A DNA stretch of 64,000 nt from a virus. Position 1 is the first letter of the stretch; every line of letters begins with the position of its first letter. The notes beneath the pieces were generated by a model. It made no database searches and was not told where the DNA came from. It saw only the letters and a list, made by a program, of their open reading frames with translations. Both the position numbers and the translations under genes were made by a program. Positions 50,599-59,189 of this stretch are shown piece after piece. The stretch is taken from positions 1 through 64,000 of IMG/VR virus record IMGVR_UViG_3300030012_002072, one strand, 5' to 3'.

Positions 50599-51370
50599 TT
50601 TTTGCTAACCTCCACCACTCTCTCATTAAGTCAGGTCTAGGGTGAGTAGCCTTTGCATGAGGTGTGTACTTTGGATGCCATGGCTGATAACTTAACGAAG
50701 TTAAATGTAGTTGCCAAATCATATCCAATTCTAAATGTTCTTTATCTTCCCACTTTGGACTTTCTTTACTCCATAAATCATATCCTCTAGGGATTGCTGC
50801 TGGATTAGTTCCATCAAAAGAGTTCCATCTAGCGTCTAACATATGTACTAACTCTTTTGTCTTTTCTTTATGTGGACTGCCTAACTTTCTCATAACTTCC
50901 CACTTGTAAGAATAATTCCTATTCCAGTTTATTATATCATCTATGGGGTCTACAAATTCTTGTGCTTTCTCACAATCAATCAAAAGAACACTATCACACC
51001 AGAAACCTCTAGGGTATCCTTCTTTTGCACCAGCTTTACCATTATCCTGTAAAGCATCCCATACCATACCAAATGCTTTCCCTTCTAAATCAGTTTTATA
51101 CAATGCAGCGATATCTCTAAAGTTTACCATATCTACATCAGTATATAAAGCTCTTCCTTTATATCCCATTAGATGAGGTACTGCATATCTATAACAAGTA
51201 AAAGGTGTTCCCCAAGTTCTTCTATTCCAACCTGGAAAATCTTTTGGTCGTAAATATACTATATCAATAGGCATACTAGCATTTTTAAACAAGGTATATA
51301 AATATATCTTCTGTGCTAAATCGTCATGGTTATCACTTGTTCCGATAAATAATTTAACCGTATCTTGCAT
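50582..51370 (-). CDS. GT8-like glycosyltransferase
   Basis: TPFTCYRYAVP; ALYTDVDM; HLTSLSYQPW. Confidence 0.75.
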   Translation of the reverse strand: MQDTVKLFIGTSDNHDDLAQKIYLYTLFKNASMPIDIVYLRPKDFPGWNRRTWGTPFTCYRYAVPHLMGYKGRALYTDVDMVNFRDIAALYKTDLEGKAFGMVWDALQDNGKAGAKEGYPRGFWCDSVLLIDCEKAQEFVDPIDDIINWNRNYSYKWEVMRKLGSPHKEKTKELVHMLDARWNSFDGTNPAAIPRGYDLWSKESPKWEDKEHLELDMIWQLHLTSLSYQPWHPKYTPHAKATHPRPDLMREWWRLAKIANSL

Positions 51371-51860
51371 GAATAACCTCTTGTCCTTCTTCCATATGCA
51401 ATGCATGAGCAAACCTATTTCCTATTACAAAGAAGTCTCCCTCTTTTATAATATTTAGAGTTATCTTTCTATTACTCCAATTAAATAAGTCATAATCATG
51501 TATTGCCATTACATAATTAAGTCTATCTCTATTTTCACATACTAATAATTTTATATCACCTTTTAATGCCCATATAATTGATGTATTCTTTTGTGGTATA
51601 TGTACACCTCTATTTGTTTGTTTAGCAAATATAATTTCTACTGGGTCAATTCCCCACTCTTTTTGTCCTATTGTATCAAAGAACTTATGAAACTCTTCTT
51701 TGTGGTCTTGATACTCAGGAGTTGATGTGTAGTAATTATCTCTTGAATCTCTTTTAAAGAAAGGAAAAGAATCCATCCAAGGAAATGATTGTTCATGTTG
51801 CCACACTCCATAATCATGTAAACTATTAAATATATGTTTTATTTCTTTAGTAAGCTGCAC
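51354..51860 (-). CDS. Cupin-like protein
   Basis: IWALKG...EGDFFVIG..FAHA. Confidence 0.4.
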   Translation of the reverse strand: MQLTKEIKHIFNSLHDYGVWQHEQSFPWMDSFPFFKRDSRDNYYTSTPEYQDHKEEFHKFFDTIGQKEWGIDPVEIIFAKQTNRGVHIPQKNTSIIWALKGDIKLLVCENRDRLNYVMAIHDYDLFNWSNRKITLNIIKEGDFFVIGNRFAHALHMEEGQEVIHARYG

Positions 51861-52503
51861 CTTTTCCTCTCATAAATCCTACTACTATATCTCTTTTACC
51901 CCACTCTAGTGGTTTGCTTTCATGTTCGTGTATGCTAGTAAAAATAGTTAGACTTCCCTTTTTTCTCATTGTTGGGAAACTATGTCTAAAATCTTCTCTA
52001 ACTTTCATTGTTTCTGGTAAGAAATTACTGTCCATAAATACATCAGGAACAGTATAACTTTCTACTATTTCTAAGTCTCCACCACCATATTCTTCCGAGT
52101 GGCTCAATTGTATACTTAAACTTATCTTCCTAACTGTAGGCGATGACATCGCTTCTAAACTAGGTCTATGGTCACGATGTGGGCAGAAAAACATACCTTT
52201 CTTATCGTATCTAACCATATTTATCTCATGCCTTCGTCTTTCTTGATGTAGATGAAACTTATAAGTTCTATCATTATAAAGATTAACTGCTTGCATTAGT
52301 CTATCATAGTAAGGAAACTTTATATTACTTCTTTTCTTACAACTTCTTATCTTAGTATTATACCCAGACCATCTTGTTCCTGCAAGTTTCCATGGCATAT
52401 CTCCGTTTAGTTCAAATAAACTATCACATTCTTCTTCAGTCATAAAGTCTGGAATATGACCTACTATATCATGTGTTTTATACTTACTCACTAATAATTT
52501 CAT
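51847..52503 (-). CDS. 2OG-Fe(II) oxygenase
   Basis: HRD, RKISLSIQL..YGGG, HE..P..WGKR. Confidence 0.85.
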   Translation of the reverse strand: MKLLVSKYKTHDIVGHIPDFMTEEECDSLFELNGDMPWKLAGTRWSGYNTKIRSCKKRSNIKFPYYDRLMQAVNLYNDRTYKFHLHQERRRHEINMVRYDKKGMFFCPHRDHRPSLEAMSSPTVRKISLSIQLSHSEEYGGGDLEIVESYTVPDVFMDSNFLPETMKVREDFRHSFPTMRKKGSLTIFTSIHEHESKPLEWGKRDIVVGFMRGKGAAY

Positions 52504-52927
52504 TGTTTATCACTCCATCTTGTAGCGTAAGCTGATATGAATGTGCCCAATGCACATCTTCTGCTATGATACAAGTTATCGTATCATATCCTAACTTTCT
52601 TGCTAGTGTTAATCTTTGGTTGCCTGTATAGGCGAGAAGTGGATAAGACTTTAGCCAAGGAGTATGACTTTTTACTCCTCTTACTGCTTGCATCCAATTA
52701 CCATATGTATTTGGTATTACAATAATCGGGTCTAATAATCCTTGTTCGTTGAAGGACTTTGTGAGAGATTTATGAACTCTCTCATGCGTTACTGCTCTGC
52801 AAATGAGGTTTATCGCAGCATCCATTGGTATAAAGGTTTCATCCTTTAGTCCTTGTTCTGTCATTAAATATGTAGTTATTTTACTACTATTCTTCGCTAT
52901 TAACCTTCTCGGCTGTGGCTCTTCCAA
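52484..52927 (-). CDS. ParB/Srx-like protein
   Basis: QGLLDPIIV...TGNQRL..ARKLG. Confidence 0.6.
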   Translation of the reverse strand: MEEPQPRRLIAKNSSKITTYLMTEQGLKDETFIPMDAAINLICRAVTHERVHKSLTKSFNEQGLLDPIIVIPNTYGNWMQAVRGVKSHTPWLKSYPLLAYTGNQRLTLARKLGYDTITCIIAEDVHWAHSYQLTLQDGVINNEIISE

Positions 52928-53165
52928 TTTCCTCCCTTGCTAATTTTCTAATTGTTTCTAATAATTGTGGGTAGCTTTCAAAGTTTTCTATGTCCTTTGC
53001 TGGATGAGCAATCTGCTCCAGTTCATCTACCCTTTCTTCTAATTCTTCTAACCATTCTTCGTTTTCTTCGAATCTTGCTTGTGCTGGTTCATGTTTATCA
53101 AACCAACGAGAGTGTTTGTCCATCTCGTTTTTCCACAATAACATTTTGAATAAGTTTCTAAACAT
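52887..53165 (-). CDS. Hypothetical coiled-coil protein
   Basis: Coupled ORF. Confidence 0.55.
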   Translation of the reverse strand: MFRNLFKMLLWKNEMDKHSRWFDKHEPAQARFEENEEWLEELEERVDELEQIAHPAKDIENFESYPQLLETIRKLAREEIGRATAEKVNSEE

Positions 53166-53754
53166 TTCTTATTATTTCTTTTGCTTTCTCCCATTCTGCC
53201 ACATTTTTGTTTGGAATGGATATTTCAAGTATAAACCTAGGAGTATGCAGTCCTGTATTTCTATCACATAACCACTGCTCTCCTGTCATTTCTCCAGCTA
53301 ATATTGTCCAGTTATTCCCTTGATGTTGGTCTGGTATTTGTTTACTCTCACCATTATCTACCCATAAAGTATAACCTGTGCTTCTATTATATATAAATCT
53401 AATAAATTTTCTACTTTTTAGATGACTATTGTTCCATGCAGTCCATCCCCATTTCTTAGGTTGCACTGAAAACTCACTTACATACCAGTTTTCTGTATTA
53501 GTGCTTTTATTCATTGCCCCTACAAAAGACAATACTGCGTCTTTTATCTGAAAGTTAGGGTATCTTTCTGTATAGTCAATAGTATTTGTTCTGTCTACTG
53601 TTGGCGTTGCCATCGCCATCTTTTCTCTTAATCTTCTAAAAGAAACATCTGGCTGAGGTTTTGGGTTATATAATGCTATTTGTTGAAATAAATACATTGC
53701 ACAATAGTGCAACTTCCCCTGCATTACTCCGTTATTTAGTGTTATCTTCTCCAT
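53158..53754 (-). CDS. Hypothetical protein, possible degenerate oxygenase fold
   Basis: GWTAWNN..RFIY pattern lacking His ligands. Confidence 0.45.
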   Translation of the reverse strand: MEKITLNNGVMQGKLHYCAMYLFQQIALYNPKPQPDVSFRRLREKMAMATPTVDRTNTIDYTERYPNFQIKDAVLSFVGAMNKSTNTENWYVSEFSVQPKKWGWTAWNNSHLKSRKFIRFIYNRSTGYTLWVDNGESKQIPDQHQGNNWTILAGEMTGEQWLCDRNTGLHTPRFILEISIPNKNVAEWEKAKEIIRNV

Positions 53755-54106
53755 CTGTTGTCGTTACCTCACGATAATATATTACTACCTCTTTGAGTTC
53801 ACGAATATATCGTTTTAACTCTTGTGTGTTGTATGCCATTAACTCATAGTCTGGCACACTCATGGCAAAGAATACTACTTGTCCATGTTCTTTTTCTACT
53901 CTTGCTAAAAACTCTTCCAAGTTTTTATCACTAACCACATACCAATATGGTTCTTTTAAATCTATCTCTCTTGGAAGAACTGGTTGTGCTATCTGCCTAT
54001 CTATAGGCTTGGCACTAACCTCTAATGTCTTCGTTGGTAACAGGCTGCACGATGAGGTCATCATCAGCAGCATCGATGTCACGGCTATCTTGTTCAATTC
54101 CATCAA
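53732..54106 (-). CDS. Lipoprotein, o-spanin candidate
   Basis: Signal with lipobox-like TSSC; overlaps i-spanin candidate. Confidence 0.65.
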   Translation of the reverse strand: MMELNKIAVTSMLLMMTSSCSLLPTKTLEVSAKPIDRQIAQPVLPREIDLKEPYWYVVSDKNLEEFLARVEKEHGQVVFFAMSVPDYELMAYNTQELKRYIRELKEVVIYYREVTTTDGEDNTK

Positions 54107-54425
54107 ATACCTCTTTGGTTGCCTTGTTCACTCTTGGCTCTATTAGTCCAGGCTTTGCTGCTGCTAACTTAGTCAAGTTGTGTCTTTTAAATATATCTAA
54201 ATAACGATTCATTTCTAACTCTATCTCGTTATTCTTACTTTGTAAATTGTTTAATGCTTTTGTTTGATTTGCAAAATCGGTTTGCAAGGTGCTGATTGTT
54301 TCTTCTTGCATTTGTACTGCACCTTCTAATTTAATATTGTTTGCTTTTAGTGTTTGGTTTTCATTCCACAGATACCAAGAGCCTAGTCCTAATACTAGAA
54401 TGATTGCCATAAAAAATTGATTCAT
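54015..54425 (-). CDS. i-spanin candidate
   Basis: N-terminal TM plus long coiled coil near endolysin. Confidence 0.65.
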   Translation of the reverse strand: MNQFFMAIILVLGLGSWYLWNENQTLKANNIKLEGAVQMQEETISTLQTDFANQTKALNNLQSKNNEIELEMNRYLDIFKRHNLTKLAAAKPGLIEPRVNKATKEVFDGIEQDSRDIDAADDDLIVQPVTNEDIRG

Positions 54426-54646
54426 AATTGTTTAATCCTGTAGTTCAATCCTTCTGCTCCTCGGATTTCTACCACTTCCTTGTCCTCTGTGAGAAAACTA
54501 AGATATTTATCTTGTTTTTTGTAAAATTTACGAACTATATAACTTGTGTCGTCAGCGTCTCCCCATGTGTGATTATAACTAACAGTTAACTTATATCTTG
54601 GCGAGAAATAATACTTTATTTTCAACCAAAGTTCTTTCACTTCCAT
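54422..54646 (-). CDS. Hypothetical protein
   Basis: Coupled ORF in lysis cassette. Confidence 0.55.
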   Translation of the reverse strand: MEVKELWLKIKYYFSPRYKLTVSYNHTWGDADDTSYIVRKFYKKQDKYLSFLTEDKEVVEIRGAEGLNYRIKQL

Positions 54647-55074
54647 TCCTTTCCCACGAACATATCTGCTTCGGCTTGTCGTCTTCGAACTAAGCCTTCA
54701 AGCACTTTACCCCCTGCTTTATTCCATCTCTTGATTTGATTTGGAACTTCTTCATAATCGCCTGAGTTTAGTACTTTTAACATGGTTGACGCTTTTAAGT
54801 TGCCTCCACCTAAATTGTAAGTCCAACTAACTAAAGCATCAAATTGATTCTGTCCAAGAGGAACATCTACTAATGTATTTACATAGTTTTCATACTCCTC
54901 TAACTCTACTAATAGCATATGGTCTGCGTGGTCTTCACTCCACTCATCTCCTTCTTGCACACCCTTTGTATGACCATATCCAATAGTCCATACACCAGCT
55001 GGGCATTTATACGCCTTTAGTTCACAACCTTCAAAATGCTTTATTAGGTCAATTCCATACTGTGATATTTTCAT
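54637..55074 (-). CDS. Endolysin, GH24 lysozyme
   Basis: FEGC..AYKCPAGVWTIGYGHT; GLVRRRQAE; SD AAGGAG. Confidence 0.92.
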   Translation of the reverse strand: MKISQYGIDLIKHFEGCELKAYKCPAGVWTIGYGHTKGVQEGDEWSEDHADHMLLVELEEYENYVNTLVDVPLGQNQFDALVSWTYNLGGGNLKASTMLKVLNSGDYEEVPNQIKRWNKAGGKVLEGLVRRRQAEADMFVGKEWK

Positions 55075-55136
55075 AATTCTCCTTGAGAGTGAGGGGTTTT
55101 CACTCTTGAGAAACACCCCTCGAAAAACTTGACAGT

Positions 55137-55268
55137 TTATGTTAATGCCTGTAGGTTTAGCACTATTACACTAGCACCAAAACTTAACAAAAAGAGTTGA
55201 CTAACTGTGTTACAAAACTCTCCATTTTCACATATACTATCACGAACTTGCATCATTAATGCTTTCAT
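55137..55268 (-). CDS. 43-aa protein with hydrophobic C-terminus (not in track)
   Basis: MKALMMQVRDSICENGEFCNTVSQLFLLSFGASVIVLNLQALT; starts right after hsp20 stop. Confidence 0.5.
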   Translation of the reverse strand: MKALMMQVRDSICENGEFCNTVSQLFLLSFGASVIVLNLQALT

Positions 55269-55269
55269 T

Positions 55270-55650
55270 TTATTTTATCTCCAAGATTTTCCTCTTAGAA
55301 TTTGGAGTTCGTGACAGAGTGATTGTCAGTAATCCGTCTTGTAGATTTACTTTATCTACTTGTAAGTCAGCATTAAGAATAAATCTTCGTTCAAAAGACT
55401 TTAGACTTAATCCTTGATGAACAAAGCGTTCATCTCCGACTAGTTTGTGTTCTTTTTTACCCTTTAACTGAAGTTCCTCACCATCAGCGATTATCTCCAG
55501 CTCTTCTTTTTGCCAGCCTGGTAAAGCAATTTCTATACGATAATTACCTTTACTTTCGATTATATTATATCTTGGATAACTTGTCTCCGTATAAGTTGGG
55601 AGCGTTGGCATATCCAATCCAAGCCAAAATTTACTTAAATCAATACTCAT
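55270..55650 (-). CDS. Small heat-shock protein (Hsp20/IbpA-like)
   Basis: YPRYNI, IEIALPG, HQGLS..SFERRF, DGLLTI; SD GGAGG. Confidence 0.92.
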   Translation of the reverse strand: MSIDLSKFWLGLDMPTLPTYTETSYPRYNIIESKGNYRIEIALPGWQKEELEIIADGEELQLKGKKEHKLVGDERFVHQGLSLKSFERRFILNADLQVDKVNLQDGLLTITLSRTPNSKRKILEIK

Positions 55651-55744
55651 AATATTTTCCTCCAAAATTCCTTTTCAGTAAATTTCCATGCCTCCTTTCG
55701 GTAGACATACTAAAACGCAAGTGAAACCTATCACTTACATACTA

Positions 55745-55783
55745 ATTATACTAAATTTCTAACCTTATGTCAAGAACTATTTT
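55745..55783 (-). promoter_or_regulatory. Sigma70 promoter for hsp20
   Basis: TTGACA 55773-55768, 17 bp, TATAAT 55750-55745. Confidence 0.85.
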
Positions 55784-55923
55784 TCGGAGTCATCGAAGGT
55801 AAGGATTCCTTCTTCTTCCAAATAGTCAATTGTGCCTCTTATTCCAGTTTGTTTTCCAAAATAATAAGCACCAGTAACACTAAAGAATAGAAATATTAGA
55901 TAGCTTATATCATTTTCATTCAT
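55777..55923 (-). CDS. 48-aa membrane protein
   Basis: MNENDISYLIFLFF...; ATG 7 nt after -10 box. Confidence 0.6.
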   Translation of the reverse strand: MNENDISYLIFLFFSVTGAYYFGKQTGIRGTIDYLEEEGILTFDDSEK

Positions 55924-55930
55924 AGATAAT

Positions 55931-56019
55931 ATTATAACCAATTTGCCACCAAAAGTCAAGACAAAAATTATAGTTAACCAAAAATAGTTCTTGACTTTTA
56001 TCCGAAATTCGAATATAAT
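55931..56019. promoter_or_regulatory. Back-to-back divergent sigma70 promoters
   Basis: Minus: TTGACT 55959-55954 / TATAAT 55936-55931; plus: TTGACT 55991-55996 / TATAAT 56014-56019. Confidence 0.85.
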
Positions 56020-56025
56020 ATATGT

Positions 56026-56202
56026 ATGAATAAAAGATGGACTGATACAGAGCGTGATTTTCTGAAGCGACATTATAACGACTTGTCGACAGAGGAAATT
56101 GCACTCAAACTAGACAAAACAAAAGAACAAATACATTCACAAGTTTACTACTTGCGAAAGCGAGGATGGACTTTCAATCGGAGGAAAGATGCCGTCAGTT
56201 AA
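56026..56202 (+). CDS. 58-aa HTH protein (Myb/GcrA-like; not in track)
   Basis: MNKRWTDTERDFLKRHYNDLSTEEIALKLDKTKEQIHSQVYYLRKRGW. Confidence 0.75.
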   Translation: MNKRWTDTERDFLKRHYNDLSTEEIALKLDKTKEQIHSQVYYLRKRGWTFNRRKDAVS

Positions 56203-56425
56203 TTGTAAAGGAATGTCCTTCGAAAAATCTATGCGTATATTCCGTAGAAAAGTCGAGAAAGCAGGAATCAAAGATAGAATCCGAGAGAAACAATACTATG
56301 AAAAACCTGCGTCTGCTAAAAATGATGCGAATAACTATAGGAAACGCAAACGCAAATTAGACAAACAAAAGGAACACGAACTCGATTTAAAAAGAAGATT
56401 GATAATGAGACATGGAGGTCGATAA
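56189..56425 (+). CDS. rpsU: 30S ribosomal protein bS21
   Basis: FEKSMRIFRRKVEKAGI..IREKQYYEKPA; SD GGAGG. Confidence 0.88.
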   Translation: MPSVNCKGMSFEKSMRIFRRKVEKAGIKDRIREKQYYEKPASAKNDANNYRKRKRKLDKQKEHELDLKRRLIMRHGGR

Positions 56426-56530
56426 AATTTTCTTGAACAACATAACTAAATTTTACAACTCTCATTTATCCACTAAAATATTTTTTCGTATCTAAATCGA
56501 ACTACAACCCACCAACACATATACCTATGA

Positions 56531-56569
56531 AAAACAGTTCTTGCATTCTGCTAAAAGTTATGGTAAAAT
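56531..56569 (+). promoter_or_regulatory. Sigma70-like promoter ahead of ORF-free region
   Basis: AAAACAGTTC-TTGCAT, 17 bp, TAAAAT with TG extension. Confidence 0.6.
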
Positions 56570-56575
56570 AATACT

Positions 56576-56750
56576 ATAAATTATGATAGTTAACCAAAAC
56601 AAATCACTGATTAGAGTCGCTTATCTAATCCATGCTGAGAGCCGAGAGGAGCGAAGCGGGAACGAGGCGAGCATCTAATATGATAAATATAGACTCTTAA
56701 TTGTGTTAACAATATCATTCAATGAAACCAAACAACCCCGTTCTGGGGTT
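56576..56750 (+). ncRNA. Candidate rod-shaped ncRNA
   Basis: Nested inverted repeats ATGATA/TATCAT, GTTAAC/GTTAAC, AGAGTC/GACTCT, TTATC/GATAA, ATGCT/AGCAT, GCC/GGC. Confidence 0.5.
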
Positions 56751-56835
56751 AATAAATTCCAATATAACAATTAAATTACTAAAAACTTACCCTCAATAAC
56801 CACAACTTGCGCAAACCGAAAATTTTTTAAGCAAT

Positions 56836-56858
56836 AAAAAAGGGAGCAAAATACTCCC
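56836..56858 (-). terminator. Intrinsic terminator
   Basis: GGGAGTA-TTT-TGCTCCC-TTTTTT. Confidence 0.7.
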
Positions 56859-56880
56859 CTCTCATACAAGTTTCCCTTAG

Positions 56881-57084
56881 TTAGAACCAACCATCTTTAG
56901 ACCTAGGAACATTGTCGTCCTGTAGCACTCTTATTCTTTGTGTTGCTACAACTTCTCTATGTCCACTAGGAAATCTTAATCTAGCTTTTACACCCGTTGG
57001 GGTTTCGATTAAACCCATGACTTCGGCGTATCTACCATGTTTCTCCACTAGCTCGTCAATCTTGCTTAGCTTACATACTCTCAT
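56881..57084 (-). CDS. Hypothetical protein
   Basis: Coupled ORF before terminator. Confidence 0.55.
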   Translation of the reverse strand: MRVCKLSKIDELVEKHGRYAEVMGLIETPTGVKARLRFPSGHREVVATQRIRVLQDDNVPRSKDGWF

Positions 57085-57379
57085 ATAATCTCCTTAGCAC
57101 AGTCTTTGGTGCTTTCTCTAAACCCGCTAGGGCTTCGTTAGGTATTCCTAATTTTTCAGCTAGATTTTCTACTATTTGTATTTTTGTTATCGGTTTTTCA
57201 CCAGTTTTGGTAGTATATTCAGTCTTTTTATATACTCCTTCCCTACTTAACTTACCTATAATCGATTTTACACTTTTGTTTAGTTCATCTGCTAACATTT
57301 CTACTGTTTCTCTATTAGGGTTGAGCCTATATTGATTAACAATGTATTCTACTTGGTCTTGTGTATAGTTTACAGCCAT
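57071..57379 (-). CDS. T5 A2-like DNA-binding protein (paralog)
   Basis: NYT..LADELNKSVKSIIGKLSREGVY..GLEKAPK. Confidence 0.7.
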   Translation of the reverse strand: MAVNYTQDQVEYIVNQYRLNPNRETVEMLADELNKSVKSIIGKLSREGVYKKTEYTTKTGEKPITKIQIVENLAEKLGIPNEALAGLEKAPKTVLRRLYESM

Positions 57380-57505
57380 AGCATATCCTCCCATCTTCTG
57401 ACTAACATTTCTACTTGGTATACTGACATACCCCATTCTTCACTAGCAATTCGTATTGCTTCTTCACGACCATGAATCTTCTCCCAGTCGTAGTATTCAA
57501 ACTCT

Positions 57506-57790
57506 CTATCGTCTTTCTGCATTGTGTCTTTCAAACTCCATAACTAATTCTTCACCAGTTAATTGCTTACCGATATATACTATTGCTCCGTTGTCTAGTG
57601 TTCTTTCCACTAAACCATCATTAAACATTCTATCACAAACGGACTTACCATTTTCAGTATCTTTAGGTCTGGTATCATACCACATCGAACTTAAACTATG
57701 ACAATGAATACCTTTTACACCTTTTGCCCATTCTTCTGCTTCTAGAAGTAATCGTTGTTTTTCTACTTTATCACTAAACTGTCCCATCAT
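57506..57790 (-). CDS. Hypothetical protein
   Basis: ORF on the coding strand. Confidence 0.55.
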   Translation of the reverse strand: MMGQFSDKVEKQRLLLEAEEWAKGVKGIHCHSLSSMWYDTRPKDTENGKSVCDRMFNDGLVERTLDNGAIVYIGKQLTGEELVMEFERHNAERR

Positions 57791-57898
57791 GTATTGTCTC
57801 CATCTCTATACTCTACTGAATGTTTAGCAAATATTTTGTTCGCTTGTCTTTGGAATGACTTTTCTATAATTCTATCAATCCATTTCCTTAGTATCTGC

Positions 57899-58537
57899 CT
57901 AAATTTCCCCATTCAATTCTCCTGTATCAAAGAAGTTATACACAACTTCGTCTAGCCACTCCTGTGGAACTATACCTGTGTCTTTGTATTCTTCCCACCA
58001 GTCAAAGTCATCACTAGATAGGTCACATTTCAACTTATCTTCTAGCATTGCATTTAAATCGCCACCATCAATATATTCTTCACTATGACAGCAATACCAC
58101 TCATCATCTTTATAAGTTTCAAAGTTATCTCTACCTATGAAGTTTCTGAACTCATCTTCATATGTCATAATTGCACTTAGTTCAACATTAAATCTATTAC
58201 TTGCATACTCCAATAGATTTTCTACCATAGAAATAGGTGCTGACCATGCACTGTAGCCTTGTAGTCTAGGATAATCCCATTCATCTACACTTACCCACTT
58301 TGCACCACAATTATTTACATACCACATATAAGAATCTTCAATCCAACCCTCTTTGTCGTATGTTCTGTCCACTTTAGACATGAAAGGTTGCTCATGAATC
58401 TCTACGAGTTCTTCATACTCTATTTCTTCCTTGCCGTTCCAATGTGGTCGTTTTACTACTTCACTTTTGAACAAGCATGTATGCTGTTCTTCAGTTAAAC
58501 CATCAATTTCGATGTTAAAATACACATGATTTGCCAT
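57899..58537 (-). CDS. DUF1281/YubB ferredoxin-like domain protein
   Basis: MANHVY..NCGAKW..SAWSAP..YEDE. Confidence 0.55.
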   Translation of the reverse strand: MANHVYFNIEIDGLTEEQHTCLFKSEVVKRPHWNGKEEIEYEELVEIHEQPFMSKVDRTYDKEGWIEDSYMWYVNNCGAKWVSVDEWDYPRLQGYSAWSAPISMVENLLEYASNRFNVELSAIMTYEDEFRNFIGRDNFETYKDDEWYCCHSEEYIDGGDLNAMLEDKLKCDLSSDDFDWWEEYKDTGIVPQEWLDEVVYNFFDTGELNGEI

Positions 58538-58971
58538 TATATATCCCCCTTTTCTCTGACTTCACTTCTTATTACCTCAAAACCATTAGGATATCGCTTT
58601 TCTAGCTTCCTAATGTTTTCATCCATTACTTCATCAGGTGTAAAACCTAATGCTTTGCATCCTTGAACCCAATACCATAATACATCACCGAGTTCTCGTT
58701 TCATATGGAAAATTTCATCGTTTGAGAACTTACTATCTGCTTGAAATACCTTTTTCTTTACAACTTCAGCAAATTCTCCACTTTCTGCCATCATTCCTAT
58801 CAATGCAGTCATCAATCTTGCCATATCTACCTCTTGTTCGAGGACTTCATTACCTTTCATTGAGTAATTACCTCTTAAATAATCCAATCGTTCACACATT
58901 TTAGAGGTATCCTTAGATGTGTTTGAGGTGCAATGGTCAACGAACATAGCATATTCGTTTATTTTACTCAT
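58537..58971 (-). CDS. MazG-like pyrophosphohydrolase
   Basis: ESGEFAEVVKK..RELGDVLWY..NIRKLEKRYP. Confidence 0.85.
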   Translation of the reverse strand: MSKINEYAMFVDHCTSNTSKDTSKMCERLDYLRGNYSMKGNEVLEQEVDMARLMTALIGMMAESGEFAEVVKKKVFQADSKFSNDEIFHMKRELGDVLWYWVQGCKALGFTPDEVMDENIRKLEKRYPNGFEVIRSEVREKGDI

Positions 58972-59189
58972 TTAGCACCTCCTATTACGATTTTAAACTT
59001 GTTTTCTGGTATCAAAACTTCACTACTGATAACTTTACCATTAGCAAGTTCTACATCCATGTGTGGAACACAGTTCCTAGCAGGACAACCATTGAATTTA
59101 GACTTTGGTTGAGTCCCTTCAGGATATCGAATTGCTACTATAGTGCTACCATTTGCTTTCATACCTACTTTATAATGTTTACTTGCCAA
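58968..59189 (-). CDS. Hypothetical protein
   Basis: Coupled ORF. Confidence 0.5.
   Translation of the reverse strand: MASKHYKVGMKANGSTIVAIRYPEGTQPKSKFNGCPARNCVPHMDVELANGKVISSEVLIPENKFKIVIGGAK

Noticed and set aside
13415-54146. Many short + strand ORFs in the track
   Set aside because: Antisense to well-supported minus-strand genes
11902-55900. Stop-codon recoding, inteins or introns in core genes
   Set aside because: nrdA, nrdB, PolA and helicases are uninterrupted and of compact length under the standard code
56166-56360. 64-aa ORF overlapping rpsU
   Set aside because: Alternative frame of the better-supported HTH and bS21 genes
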